Source of the DNA: Chrysomallon squamiferum
Taxonomy: Eukaryota > Animalia > Mollusca
Length of the DNA: 64,000 nucleotides
Reading direction: 5' to 3'
Assembly (NCBI GenBank): GCA_012295275.1
Contig: CM022665.1
Location: 47,802,001-47,866,000 of the forward strand
In this document: in pieces, positions 1 through 13,894 of the stretch
How the letters are laid out: every line of letters starts with the position of its first letter
Numbering within the stretch: position 1 is the first letter of the stretch
Translations under genes and position numbers: made by a program
Notes under the pieces: generated by a model
Told to the model about the DNA's origin: nothing
The model's database searches: none
The model's input: only the letters and a program-made list of their open reading frames with translations

Positions 1-1293
1 TCATAAATGAATACAGTAGTTTGACGTATAGAAATGTATCGCTGCTGTAACCAAATTCGCTAGTTTGTGTGTCATGTTTTAGCTTTGTAACCATTTGATG
101 TCGTTAATAACAGTAAGTTCAAATATTGTCTTGGTTTAACCTTTATATAATAATTTATATTTTGTGTCGTACTATATCGTAAACAGTAAAATATTTATCA
201 TGACGCAACTAAATAAATTAAAATAAAATATTAAGAAAGTAAATAAATAAATAATAAATTGAAGTTCGTGAAAAAAAAAAAAACAACAACATAAAACTGA
301 AAAAATATCATAGAATTTTCGTATTGACAAAAATATTACTTTCGCTGCTAACATTTTGATATGGTTACACCTTAAATGAATTTAATTGTTCAGCTAATCT
401 AATTAACGTTTCCAGTTTCACAGGTTACGAAACAGAGATAAACACAAAGGTCTAATTAGGTTACGGTTATCGTGGTTACAAAACTGAACTTGACACGAAA
501 ACGAGATTAGCGTCACAGACACTGACAAATTTTTTAAAATTTTCGGCCAGTTTCGTTCATTTCGCTGTTTATAGGCTACTTGTTTTTCTTTGATTTTTGT
601 TTTTCTTTAATTAGTTTGTAAGAAAGAAGAAGAACGTAGAAAATAATTTAAAAAATAGATTAATAATGATTATGTTTTAAAAATGACATGTTGAAATTGT
701 GGTCCATGCTGATCGTAAATTGATGGCGCTGAGCTGGTTGTGTTTTATATTTCTGTGAATCGTTGTAAGTAGTAGCGGTGATTGAATACATTTTTACAGG
801 CGATTTTGTTTTTCTCTTGAAATATTTAACTATATAAAATAAATATAATATATATATATTATTAATATTAATTTTTTTCTCTCTCCAAAAAATACAATAT
901 TAACTATATATATTATACATTATCAGAAATAAACATATTTTTATGTTTCATTAACACCTTGTTTGAGTCGTTTTTGCATCCTAGATATATAGACGACACC
1001 CTATCACACAATTTCTTTTTTATCTTTCATGTTATTATTTTCTTCTTGTTCTTCTTCTTTCTTTTTTTTTTCTTTATTTCTTTGTTTATTTCTTTTTTTT
1101 TTTTTTTTTTTTTTGTAAAACTATGACTATATATTAGATACTTGGTCGTTAATATAAATATTTTTGAAATAATAAAGATATTTGTTCTATACACTTTTAT
1201 AACAGTTAACGGCATTCAGTTTTTAAATATCTTTTCATTTTTCTTCTTTTTTTAATACTGTAATAAAATCATTCTATAGTCCATATAGAAGAA

Positions 1294-1357
<64 letters not shown>

Positions 1358-2362
1358 GTAATAAATATAGTTAATTTCTAATATTTGGTTTGTGATTAGG
1401 AAAAGTATTGCAACATACTGGAGTCAAAACATTGTATACTTAATAACTGTCGTTATATCTTTAAACGAATGTTTTAAAATGTAACCTAATCAGTCGAAAT
1501 AAAATAAATTAAATATATTAATTAAAAAATACAAAAAAAAAAAAAAAAAATCAAAACAACAACAACAGAAAAAACAAACAAAAATTACAAGTTTCTCCCT
1601 TTAATACACCAAAAACAATTTATACACAAACTGACAAAACCGGTGCTGAATTAATAAATAAATACAGTTATGTCGAGTGACACTAAATATTTAATAAACA
1701 AACACCTAAGTACTCCGCGGTAAACTTGTTCTTACGTCATGAAGAAACTGTAGAACAGACAGCCCAGGAATTGGTTAATAGTCTATTTGTCCGGTTGCCG
1801 GTACGTTTAAGCGAGACGTCAAAGCGATCGACTTGGCAGGGTAAACGCTTACCTCACTGTACGTAAATTATATACGATCATCGTAAATCCAAACGTAAAC
1901 TGGTCACCCCATTTGTAAAAAAAATAAAAATAAAAAAAAAAGAGAGAAAGAGAGAAAAAAAAGGGGGTGAAAATAAATAAATAAATAAATAAATTGATAA
2001 ATAAAAGAAACAAAGAAAAAAAAGAAAAAAAAAAAGGAATAAAGTCACAACCAGACAAACAGAATCTAAATTCTATTAACAACACCTGAACGAAAAGAAG
2101 ACACTATTATAAGATTACTACTATTGTTATTCATGATTTATATACAAAAAACAAACTGAATTAAAAAATATATAATAATAATAAAATAACGTCAAATTGT
2201 CTAAAAAATATATCGTCCATAACATATTATATATTTTAATATTATATGAACAGAAGATATCTACATGTTCGTAAGAAATCTTTCTACCCTAGACCAGTGG
2301 TTATATATATATATATATATATATTACATTCAGTCAGATATGTAAAGCATAAATAAGTCAGT

Positions 2363-2430
<68 letters not shown>

Positions 2431-2620
2431 AAAATAAAAAAAAAAAAAAATAAAAATAAAAATAAAAATAAATTAAATTAAATTAAATAAAAATTAAAAA
2501 AAATAATAATAAAAAAAAAAAATAAACCGGAGGTTGGGCACATAAATATACAAATAATTATATCAGTGATTACATCACACAAATAATAGTAGTTTATTAG
2601 TGTTTGTGGCTGTAAGTGAA

Positions 2621-3065
2621 TTACATTGGTTTGTACTCCGACTGCTCTCTGTATTTGTTAACTCGGCGAGTAATGGCGTATCCAATAACAACTCCCGCCA
2701 CAATACTTGCCAAACAACAACCCACGATTATCGGAACAATATAATTTTCTTTCTTCGTAACTTCCTTCTCTCGAATCGTCTTGCAAACGTAGGCTAAAAA
2801 TAGAAAAAATAAAATAAGAAGAAGAATGAGAACCACTTTGATGTCAGTCATACATATTTGTTAATTAACCTAAAAAAAGAGTTCAAACTGTTAAATTAAA
2901 TTACAGACGAAATATCCCTGTTTTTCTTTGTATAACTGTGAAATTAGTGTTTTCTTTTGTTTATGTTTCTTCAGTATTTTGAAGATGAAACTGGATCCAT
3001 CTGAAGGAAAATTGAATGTAACAAAATACAACCAAAAAAAGATTTATCTTATTATTATTATTATT

Positions 3066-3132
<67 letters not shown>

Positions 3133-4183
3133 AAATAACGTACTTTCTGAGAACTGATAATCTTTCACGTCGAAGGCTTGTAGATGAATCTTATTGAAAT
3201 GCACGACGATTTCCCTGTTGTTGTCTGTTCTCCACATTTTGTTGATGTCACCGCACAGGAACGACAGCCCAATGGGAATATCAAACAGCGTCCCGTTGTC
3301 TGTGAAGTACATGTCTGCGTTCTCTGCAACGAGTCAGTCAGTGAAATCAATCAGTAAATCAGTTAACCAGTCAGTCAGTCAATCAACCGATCAATCGGTC
3401 AAGTCGATATCATCGATATATTTCAATACAGTTAGTCGGTCAATTAATCAGTTATTCTAAATTAAAGCAGTCTAAATGAATGATTTGTATTTCTTTTAAA
3501 TAAATAATAAAACAAACAAACAAACAAACAAACAAACCAGCCATAATATTGTAATTTAAATTTTGTAACACTATCACGATACCAAGATAAACACATTTAC
3601 ACTCACTGACAACGATAAACGACTTTGTCAAAATCATAGAACACGTACGTTTAAAACCATTTATACAGATGATACACGAATAATTAATTATGCCAATTGT
3701 TTTTACGGTTATTCAATCAGTCAAACAATCAGACGGTCCATCGATATCATAATTCACCCGACTGTTACAGGTATACTACTGAATTTACCTGGGCATCACC
3801 TGGGCACACCTGAACTTACCTCCAAGAGCGCCCTCTGGTATAAATTCGCTACTGACTCGAAGACTGAGAGCTATCAGTGACCAGCGCAGCTCACCTGGTT
3901 TCTTATCTGTCTTGTTTACCTGTAATAAACATGTTTTACCTGTAATAAACACATCTTACCTAGTGAAATACATACGTAATACATTGTTACTGCCTGTGAC
4001 CATAATATGTTACAAAGTATTGTTACACGTAGTCATAAGACTCCTTTATTTCAATTGCTAAATTTATTATTATTATAATAATAATAATAATAATAATTAT
4101 TATTATTATTATTATTATTACACGTATAATTATTACGTTATTATTATAATTATTATTACTACTATTACACGTATAATTATTAC

Positions 4184-4232
<49 letters not shown>

Positions 4233-5442
4233 GATGTAATTATTGTTGTTGTTGTTTGTTGTTAATACCACTACCACACATACACACACACAGTTAAAAT
4301 GTGTATCGGCGGTTTGCTTTACATTTTAACATGATGCTGTAAGAAATTCCCCATTAAGACTGGTATTTCTATGTCAACGATACCAGGGTTTGATCAAATC
4401 GGCTTACAAGCGGCGGAATATGAAGAACTAATCAGACAAGAGTTATATTCTCGTGTTGAGAACTCTTCAGAAAAAAAAAGAAATCAAAATATCAGTTGTT
4501 TCAGTTATTTTTAGTTCCATTTCTGGTACTGTATCAACTGTTATTAATGAAAGTCCGACACGCAGACAAAGAGACAGCTTTTGTTAAATAAAACAAGAAC
4601 CTGAAACTTTGGTCGGCTGATTTATTTTCGGATAACATTTACAGATCTTGTCTGATATGTAGCAATAAAATGAAAATTTCGGTGCATAATAAGTGAGCTT
4701 CGTCATGAAACGAAAATGACGAATTTATTGAAAAAACAAACAAAACACGTGTTATTGACAGACGGCTTCCGGTCATGCTCACCTGAAAGGTAAAATTTAG
4801 CTGAAGGATGTCGTCTGGCCATGTCATTGTTACAACAGTGGTGGCGTTGTCATCAATGTCACCACAGTCACCTCCAACGGTGACGTTGCCATTTAGCGGT
4901 ACAGTTACATCATTGGTGTTCGTCTGTTTCCAAAAATGAACAAAACAATCAAAGTATAATTTATCAGCGAGTTAATAAAATAATTGTTGCAAAATAAAAT
5001 AAAATCTTTTCGAATTCAGTATATTATTCTAATAATTGCAATAATCGTTTGAGAGAAGAAACTCGCTCATACACGTTCAGATACTTCTGATTAGCAAAAA
5101 AAAAAAAAAAAAAATTATCGCTGTTTATCTGTAAGAGTTAATCTTAGTGTAGAGACAATATTTAACACATGTTAACAGAGGAAAAATATCTGGAAAAATA
5201 AACACTTTAAGTTTATCGCAAAATATCACAGACTATTATTCTGTTACACGCTGTACTCATACAAGTTGTAAATACAGAACGTATAAATACGGTGACACAC
5301 GGACTGATAGTCACCTTATCGTCGTCAAACGGAATGTCGTACGTAATTTCCACCGTGAGATTGACGTCACCTAAAAAACATGGCCGCCCGTCGGTGCCGT
5401 TTATAATAATATCCGGAATTATGGCATCAAGAGTAAAATTTT
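2621..5442 (-). CDS. LAMP5: LAMP-family (LAMP5/BAD-LAMP/UNC-46-like) membrane glycoprotein, five 3' coding exons
   Basis: Exons 5442-5315, 4923-4783, 3919-3820, 3323-3144 and 2793-2621 have GT-AG boundaries and matching phases. The spliced product has the four LAMP-domain Cys (PCF, GDCG, FLCG, YVCK), an LQAF motif and many N-x-S/T sites. It ends in a TM helix (IVPIIVGCCLASIVAGVVIGYAI) and a short tail ending YKPM (Yxx-hydrophobic sorting motif), resembling the LAMP5 YKHM tail. Confidence 0.88.
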
Positions 5443-6144
5443 CTGAAATAACAACAGATGTATATAAATATATAATAAAATAAAACAAGATTAATTAAAA
5501 TAAAATAAAACAAAGCATTTAATAAAATAAAATAAAATAAAATAAAATAAAGCAAATAAGGCAAATAAATAAAATTAAATTAAATTAAATAAAGCAAATA
5601 AGGCAAATAAATCAAATTAAATTAAATTAAATAAAGCAAATAAGGCAAATAAATAAAATAAAATAAAATAAAATAAAGCAAATAAGGCAAATAAATAAAA
5701 TAAAATAAAATAAAATAAAGCAAATAAATAAAAAAATAATTAATAATAGTATTAATAATGAAGATGATAGTAGTAGTAGTAGTAGTAGTAGTAGTAGCAG
5801 TTCTTCATTTCTTATATTAAATTAATTTTCTTGAATGTCAAAGAATTTATATTTCCTGTGCAGGCGTCTTGAATCTAATGGTCTAAAACCCCACCTCTCT
5901 CCTCTGAAAGAGCGAAGTTAATGGAACACTTCTTTATATCAAGTATTGATTTCATACAACTAACTGATAAAACTGATGGAATTGTTCTTGACGAACATGC
6001 AGTGAGAAATCGAGCCAGCTCGTGTCAGACATTTTGGTAATTTCTCTCTAAAACAAACACGTTAGCGTGAAAATAATCAATATGGCGAACTGGTCACTCT
6101 CTCAGGAAGACAGAGTCAAAGTAACTTCAACGCTACGTGACGTC

Positions 6145-6425
6145 GATCATTTGTACTCATGATGTAAATCATTTGCACTCATGATGTAAATCATTTGTAC
6201 TCATGATTTAAATCTCTTGAATTCATGATGTAAATCATTTGAACTCATGATGTAAATCATTTGTACTCATGATGTAAATCATTTGTACTCATGATTTAAA
6301 TCACTTGAATTCATGATGTAAATCATTTGAACTTATGATGTAAATCATTTGTACTCATGATGTAAATCATTTGTACTCATGATTTAAATCATTTGTACTC
6401 ATGATGTAAATCATTTGAACTCACG
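6145..6425. repeat. 22-bp minisatellite (ATTTGTACTCATGATGTAAATC), about 12 copies
   Basis: Direct tandem repetition visible in the sequence. Confidence 0.95.
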
Positions 6426-6928
6426 AGGTAGATAATTTATTTTGTGGTTTAAAATGATATAGCAGTGTGATGTCACTTTCAAGTGAAATTTATTAGAAAT
6501 AAATTAACAGTTGTGGAATTAATGTCTCTAAAATCTCTTAGCAACGTAACATTTGCGAGTGTCTGTAAGACTCCACTAGATAAATATTTGGTGTTTACGT
6601 GGCAAAACTGATATTTTTGTTACTGAAATTTAATTAGGAAAAACGTTTGACTTACTGTTAACAAGAGTAGAATTGGTCGCAGATTCGCTGATGAAAGGCA
6701 TCAACATCAGAACTGAAATAATAAATATACCATATTACACAAACTGGTACATACAGACACATCTACAAATCTACACACACACACACAAGCACACACACAC
6801 ACACACACACACTCACACACCTACAGACGTTTTCTCACACACAGACACACATATACACACTGACATAAAGATACTTTATAGGCAATGCATCGTGCGGTGT
6901 GGAAGTCACAATAAACTCTTTATAATGA

Positions 6929-6977
<49 letters not shown>

Positions 6978-7099
6978 TACATGTGCATGTGCATGCATTT
7001 ATGTCTAAATGTGTAATACCACTCAAAATAAACATACATTTTTTAATATTGAAATTCACATGGCACATTATGAAATCGGTTTTGAGTTCTGTAAAATGG

Positions 7100-7247
7100 T
7101 ATTACGTCAATATCTAATCACTCACTCGCAATACAACACGTCATTACGTCAATATCTAATCACTCACTCGCAATACAACACGTCATTACGTCAATATCTA
7201 ATCACTCACTCGCAATACAACACGTCATTACGTCAGTATCTAATCAT
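7100..7247. repeat. 42-bp minisatellite (GTCATTACGTCAATATCTAATCACTCACTCGCAATACAACAC), about 3.5 copies
   Basis: Tandem units; same family as 8150-8500. Confidence 0.9.
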
Positions 7248-7492
7248 CTTCTCGGATTACCTTTCATCAGTCACATGCTTATTTGTCATACAGTATATAA
7301 CAACACAGGCCAAGGTTTGGTGCACACTTGATCATCTGCCCGTTACCCAGATAAAAAAGTGGTATTATCCCACGTTGTTGTATATTGTATATCTACCGGC
7401 AATAAATAAATGAAAGAAAAGCTTATAATAATTTATACATTTTATTTCATCCACATAACTTGATAATTTAAGTTTCAGTAGATAGCCTACAG

Positions 7493-7704
7493 CATAGGTT
7501 TTCAACCTGGGGCTCGCGAATAAATAAAAACGTGTAGATAGGTCTGGGACCCGAGATAGTGAATATAGATTCCATTTGTACTGGCTTTGGATTATGAAAA
7601 TATGGTAAGCCTAGGTATTATTGAATCAAACATTTTAAAGGGGTCATCGGTCATATAGAGATGCTCATAAGGGGTCGCGGTATGGAAAAGGTTGAAAACC
7701 AGCG
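7493..7704. mobile_element. 212-bp hAT (Charlie-type) MITE
   Basis: Imperfect TIRs CATAGGTTTTCAACCT / AGGTTGAAAACCAGCG, flanked by a perfect 8-bp target-site duplication GCCTACAG (7485-7492, 7705-7712). Confidence 0.9.
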
Positions 7705-7744
7705 GCCTACAGCATCTAAGAACTGAAGGGCGTATTGACTCTCT

Positions 7745-7980
7745 CTGCAATTGATGCAGATGTTGTTGGTGCGTGGACAATTGGTCTCATGGTGGTTCCT
7801 GACGGGCAGGGGGAAGCGACTGTCATCATCAATCCAGTTGACGACCACGCAGTCACTGAACTCTTGGGCATCGAGGAACATTTGGTGTCGAATCCATGGT
7901 TTCAATCCATGCGTCCTGAATTTTGTCTTGTGGAAGTATAGCTAGTCTGGCAGCCCTGTGGATCCACTGTGAAAACATGT
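7745..7980 (-). pseudogene. Degenerate Mutator-like (MULE) transposase fragment
   Basis: With one frameshift it reads FSQWIHRAARLAILPQDKIQDAWIETMDSTPNVPR / QEFSDCVVVNWIDDDSRFPLPVRNHHETNCPRTNN. This matches the animal MULE pattern LAxLP...F.DY...WI...FP..WN...PRTNN. Confidence 0.7.
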
Positions 7981-8149
7981 CTCCTTGTCCTTCTCCTATT
8001 TAGGAGCAACTGAGTAACCATAAACACATGCTGCCCACCGCCAAGACTAGTTGATTATTCCCCAAACAGGGGTGCCCAGCTTACTTACTGCTTGAGTGCT
8101 TTCCAGACTGTATGACTATTGACCATATCACTTTTGGGAGGATACCCCC

Positions 8150-8500
8150 TCTCGTATTGTAACACGTCATTACGTCAATATCACCCGCTCGTAAATAACA
8201 CGTCATTACGTCAATATCACCCGCTCGTAAATAACACGTCATTACGTCAATATCACCCGCTCGTAAATAACACGTCATTACGTCAATATCTAATAACCCG
8301 CTCGTAAATAACACGTCATTACGTCAATATCACCCGCTCGTAAATAACACGTCATTACGTCAATATCTAATAACCCGCTCGTAAATAACACGTCATTACG
8401 TCAATATCTAATAACCAGCTCGTAATGTAACACGTCATTACGTCAGTATCTAATCACCCTCTCGTAATGAAACACGTCATTACGTCAAAATGTAATAACT
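8150..8500. repeat. 36/42-bp minisatellite (AACACGTCATTACGTCAATATC[TAATA]ACCCGCTCGTAAAT), about 9 copies
   Basis: Tandem units of two lengths. Confidence 0.92.
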
Positions 8501-8736
8501 CGCTGACAATGTAAGATGGATACAAAATATGAAAAAAATAAAAATTTCTCTCAATATAATTGTTTATTTTTTCTCTGTATACTAACGCTAAGAAAAAGAA
8601 AAAAATTGTACCTCATACCCAGACAGTGTGTGTGCGTGTATGTGCGTGTGTGTGTGTGTATATTTGGGTATGTGTTTGTTTTCTGTTAGCGTTTCTAATA
8701 TGTTTATTTATATAAAAAAAAATTTTTGCTTTGAAC

Positions 8737-8789
<53 letters not shown>

Positions 8790-9364
8790 TAATGAATGTA
8801 AATAATGTAAATAAAAATAATAATAATAATTACAACAACAAAATCAAAAACAATATTAATAATGAATAAATATTAAAATAAATAAATAAATAATAAACAT
8901 ATTCATAACTAAATACACGGTAAACCCAAACTTGCTGTTGAAATAACGCAAATATGACACAGACTGAAACCGGCCAATCACATAAGACGTCTTAACACTA
9001 TTTGACCAATGACACGAGTGGAGACATGTGCACACAAACAGCTCGCCAAGTGTAGAAAACGCAATATTAAGTGTGCGCTTCATTTGGAAAGATCTGACAG
9101 CTGAAGGCTGATGTACTCAAAGAAACGAGCAAATTACTTATCGGTTAATCGATCTGGAACAATTCGGCAGACGAGAATTTAATCCAGGGGAAATCGAAAA
9201 TGCGGAACAGATTGAGAAACCAGTCGTGGATTTTTGTTACAATTTTTTTTTTTTGTCCTGTGACAAAAGTAAAAAGATTAATGATCGATTTTAAAACATT
9301 TCGTTAATTTTCATGAAAATTTCTCTTTTATCCAAAAACTTTATCATTCCACCCTCACCTGTCG

Positions 9365-10745
9365 GTTTGAGTTTTCTATAAAAATACTATATTCTGTAAT
9401 TCCACTGTTTGAGTTTTCTATAAAAATACTATATTCTGTAATTCCACTATTTGAGCTTTCTATAAAAATGCTATATTCTGTAATTCCAAAATAAAAAATA
9501 TATATTCTGTAATTCCACGATATTTGTAATTCCACTATTTGAGTTTTCTATAAAAATACTATATTCTGTAATTCCACTGTTTGAGTTTTCTATAAAAATA
9601 CTATATTCTGTAATTCCACTGTTTGAGTTTTCTATAAAAATACTATATTCTGTAATTCCACTGTTTGAGTTTTCTAAAAAAATACTATATTCTGTAATTC
9701 CACTGTTTGAGTTTTCTATAAAAATACTATATTCTGTAATTCCACTATTTGAGTTTTCTATAAAAATACTATATTCTGTAATTCCACTATTTGAGTTTTC
9801 TATAAAAATACTATATTCTGTAATTCCACTATTTGAGTTTTCTATAAAAATACTATATTCTGTAATTCCACTATTTGAGTTTTCTATAAAAATACTATAT
9901 TCTGTAATTCCACTGTTTGAGTTTTCTATAAAAATACTATATTCTGTAATTCCACTATTTGAGTTTTCTATAAAAATAATATATTCTGTAATTCCACTGT
10001 TTGAGTTTTCTATAAAAATAATATATTCTGTAATTCCACGAGTATTCTGTAATTCCACTGTTTGAGTTTTCTATAAAAATACTATATTCTGTAATTCCAC
10101 TATTTGAGTTTTCTATAAAAATAATATATTCTGTAATTCCACTATTTGAGCTTTCTATAAAAATAATATATTCTGTAATTCCACTGTTTGAGTTTTCTAT
10201 GAAAATACTATATTCTGTAATTCCACTGTTTGAGTTTTCTATGAAAATAATATATTCTGTAATTCCACTATTTGAGTTTTCTATAAAAATACGATATTCT
10301 GTAATTCCACTGTTTGAGTTTTCTATAAAAATACGATATTCTGTAATTCCACTGTTTGAGTTTTCTATAAAAATACTATATTCTGTAATTCCACTGTTTG
10401 AGTTTTCTATAAAAAATACTATATTCTGTAATTCCACTGTTTGAGTTTTCTATAAAAATACTATATTCTGTAATTCCACTATTTGAGTTTTCTATAAAAA
10501 TACTATATTCTGTAATTCCACTGTTTGAGTTTTCTATAAAAATACTATATTCTGTAATTCCACTGTTTGAGTTTTCTATAAAAAATACTATATTCTGTAA
10601 TTCCACTGTTTGAGTTTTCTATAAAAATACCATATTCTGTAATTCCACTGTTTGAGTTTTCTATAAAAATACCATATTCTGTAATTCCACTATTTGAGTT
10701 TTCTATAAAAATACGATATTCTGTAATTCCACATTTTGAGTTTTC
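9365..10745. repeat. 42-bp minisatellite (TTGAGTTTTCTATAAAAATACTATATTCTGTAATTCCACTRT), about 32 copies
   Basis: Highly homogeneous tandem array; it generates the spurious NSNSGITEYSIFIE repeat ORFs. Confidence 0.97.
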
Positions 10746-10769
10746 TTTATCAATATTATATTACGTGAG

Positions 10770-10900
10770 TTCACATTTTGTTTTTTCGTTATCAACATAT
10801 CCAATGATTTTACATTTTGTTTTTTCGTTATCAACATATCCAATGATTTTACATTTTGTTTTTTCGTTATCAACATATCCAATGATTTTACATTTTGTTT
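10770..10900. repeat. 39-bp minisatellite, about 3.5 copies, followed by a (GT)n microsatellite
   Basis: ACATTTTGTTTTTTCGTTATCAACATATCCAATGATTTT units. Confidence 0.9.
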
Positions 10901-10934
10901 CTTCTTTAAACAATATATTCTGCAATTCCGCGTT

Positions 10935-10988
<54 letters not shown>

Positions 10989-11577
10989 ATGGTTTGTTTT
11001 ATTATATTTTTACACAGCATTCTTCTACTTATATTTTATAATACATTCAGTGATTCCAAATTTTATGTTTGTTTTAACAATATATGAATTAATTAATAAT
11101 AATAATGACGATGATGACCATTGCAGTGATCTAGTTAATAAAGTTACCATCATATAATGAAGATAATAATTAATTTTCTATTATTGTTGTCGTCTTCTTC
11201 TTCTTCTTCTTCTTATTATTATTATTCTTATTCTTATTCTTCTTCTTATTGTTGTTGTTGTTGTCATTGTCATTATTATTATTGCTATTATTATTGTTGT
11301 TGTTATTATTGTTGTTATTATTATTATTTTATTTATTTTATTATAGTATTTTTGAAGATGCAAACATACATGGTTTACTGCTGACTGAGAAATCACACGG
11401 CTGACGAGGAATTAATGCAAAGCCGAGTGTAAGTGTTTAAACTGCCGTGAAATTCAGATCTGGGTGTGTCTGCACGTGTCTAACTCGCCGTAATTGTAGA
11501 CGAAAACTGAAATATTCTGGAAAGCTTTTGAAAAAGAAGCTGCGGGAGAGAGAAAAAAATAATATAAATAAAAATAA

Positions 11578-11613
<36 letters not shown>

Positions 11614-11699
11614 AAAAATAAATGGTAATAATAGAAGAGGTTATGAAGAAAATAACGAATGCTTTTGAAAAAGAAGCCGGAAAAAAAAAAAAAAAAAAA

Positions 11700-11740
<41 letters not shown>

Positions 11741-11772
11741 TAATAATAATAAACAAACAAATAAATAAATAC

Positions 11773-11816
<44 letters not shown>

Positions 11817-12469
11817 TAATAAACAAATAAGTAAATAAATAAATACATAATAATAAAAACAAAAAGTAGTAACAGAAAATGAATTATTACACTCCAGTCG
11901 TCTTTATATTAACTTTCGACATTTTCATGTAACCTCACAGCTAACTTCTGCTACGAGACAATGTGTAAATGATGTCGTTGTGTGTTAATGTCACTCCGCT
12001 GACGTCAGCCTTGGCGCCCACGATCAGGCCATTTTCTGCTGGAACGTTGCCATCGCAGACGTCGTGCTGACATTTCCATTCTCCATACTTAGCACGTGAA
12101 TTCTGGCGCGTAGCCATAGCGCGGGTTTGTATAATGGCTGAATCGTTTTGTTATTCGTTTTAAAATATGTCAACGCAAATATTGTTCTCTCTTTTTTTTT
12201 TTTTTTTCTTATATAACTAAAAAATACATTCATCAAACATTCAACAACGGCTACATATTCATATCAGTGACGTCATCCCTTTCAGACTGATTAATTTTTG
12301 CGGCTCGGAACAATGAGCATAGCTATGAAAATTCGGAGAAAATTTATGTAAGAAAAATGTAACCAATTAAGATTAAATTCAGAAATGTTCTTGGTGTTGT
12401 TTGTTTTTTTTTTTTTAACGTACAGAAATAATACGACTAATTAAATAAATAAAACATGATAACACTTAC

Positions 12470-12539
12470 CTGCAACTGAAGCATAACATCCCATGGATAA
12501 CAGGCCGCTGGATCGAAACCGGCCAGTGGCAAAACCCAT
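12470..12539 (-). CDS. Probable first coding exon of the LAMP5-like gene (MGFATGRFRSSGLLSMGCYASVA)
   Basis: Perfect CAG|GTAAGT donor at 12470. Phase 1 matches the 5442 acceptor, giving 263 aa in total. An acceptor at 12710 suggests a further upstream UTR exon. The signal peptide is only weakly hydrophobic. Confidence 0.5.
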
Positions 12540-13109
12540 GACGTTTGGAAAAGAAAAGGTTAGGTCCACACGGTCAGACCCACAGACATTCGGACCAGCC
12601 CACGTCTGATTCGCTATAATTAGTAACACTTCTTCACGACGTCTGCTTCTTGATGTCGTTCATTATCACAGCTTATAAGCTGGTCCTGCACGAGAATTCT
12701 GTTCGATGTCTGGAATAGAAATTGACACAAAACCAAGCGCTAAAAATATCACCAAGACAACGACGAAGTGGTGTCACGCGCAACAATCACGGACAGTGAC
12801 GTCGTTTTCATTATTTTCTTTTTTTCACGATTCCGTCTTCAGACTTTTCATTGGCGTGTTTTCGCTGTCGTAGTTGACGATGTGTTAATTACGAACAGAT
12901 GTGGAAAAATTAACTAACAGAAGCCCGCGGGTCTTACGCACAGGAAAGTGAATAGAACGACAATAACCGGCAAAATAAAATATTCCAGTGAAAATGAATA
13001 ATGTAATTAGCAGTGCGCATCGGCGCACCAGATGGTCTATGTAAGTGTACTTACAAAATTAGTTCTGTATTCCAACTTTCACTGATAGTTTAGTAAACAT
13101 TTTTAATAA

Positions 13110-13140
<31 letters not shown>

Positions 13141-13215
13141 CTGATATACTAATTGACACAAAAAACGAATGACAATATCGATGTAGAAAATTATAAAGTT
13201 ATATTCGTTGTAGTA

Positions 13216-13284
<69 letters not shown>

Positions 13285-13629
13285 AATAAATAAATAAAAA
13301 ATAGAGAATGAAAAATTGTTAATAATGTCAAGAGAGATAATTCTATACAGATACTGAATTAAATATTATTAATTAAAATAATAATAATGATGACGATAAT
13401 AATAATAATAATAATAACAACAACAACAACAACAATACTTCATTACAAAAAAAAAAAAAAAAATTAAAAAAAAAAAAAAAAAATTAAAAAAAAGAATACG
13501 TACCGGTTGAATATGACTGATTTTATTTTTGTCCACGAAATAAATGAATCAAATCCTTGGATAAAATACGTTTTAATTTTTATTTTATTTTTTAATTTTT
13601 TTTTAATCTTTTTACTTTTCCTGTCCTGA

Positions 13630-13890
13630 TTCTAACCCATGGTGTGACGTCGTACCAGAACGCGGCCAGCTCTGCGCACTTCAAACGTGGACGTTCTCTG
13701 AAGACTGCAGCGACTCGAAGTGAAATTCAATAAACGGCGCCTGGGTCGCTGCCACAGGTTTTGACGACAATTCCGGCAAATCAATTCTTCCTTGAGATGT
13801 TCTCTCTCCCCCCTGCCTCTCCTCCCTCCCTCCCTCTGCACCTATATGCCTCGCGCCGTCTGTGCGAGCGTTTGTCCTCGTTCGAGTCTT
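13630..13890 (-). promoter_or_regulatory. Candidate promoter / non-coding first exon of the LAMP5-like gene
   Basis: Isolated GC/CpG-rich block in AT-rich surroundings, with a TATA-like CATATAG (~13845) followed by a purine-rich leader on the - strand. Confidence 0.3.
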
Positions 13891-13894
13891 GTTA

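Noticed and set aside
8119-8500. 36-bp repeats as a CRISPR array
   Set aside because: Units are contiguous with no spacers.
9344-10606. Repeat ORFs (NSNSGITEYSIFIE)n and a CRISPR-like appearance
   Set aside because: Pure tandem minisatellite with no unique spacers, frameshifting units, intronic location in a eukaryote and no cas genes.
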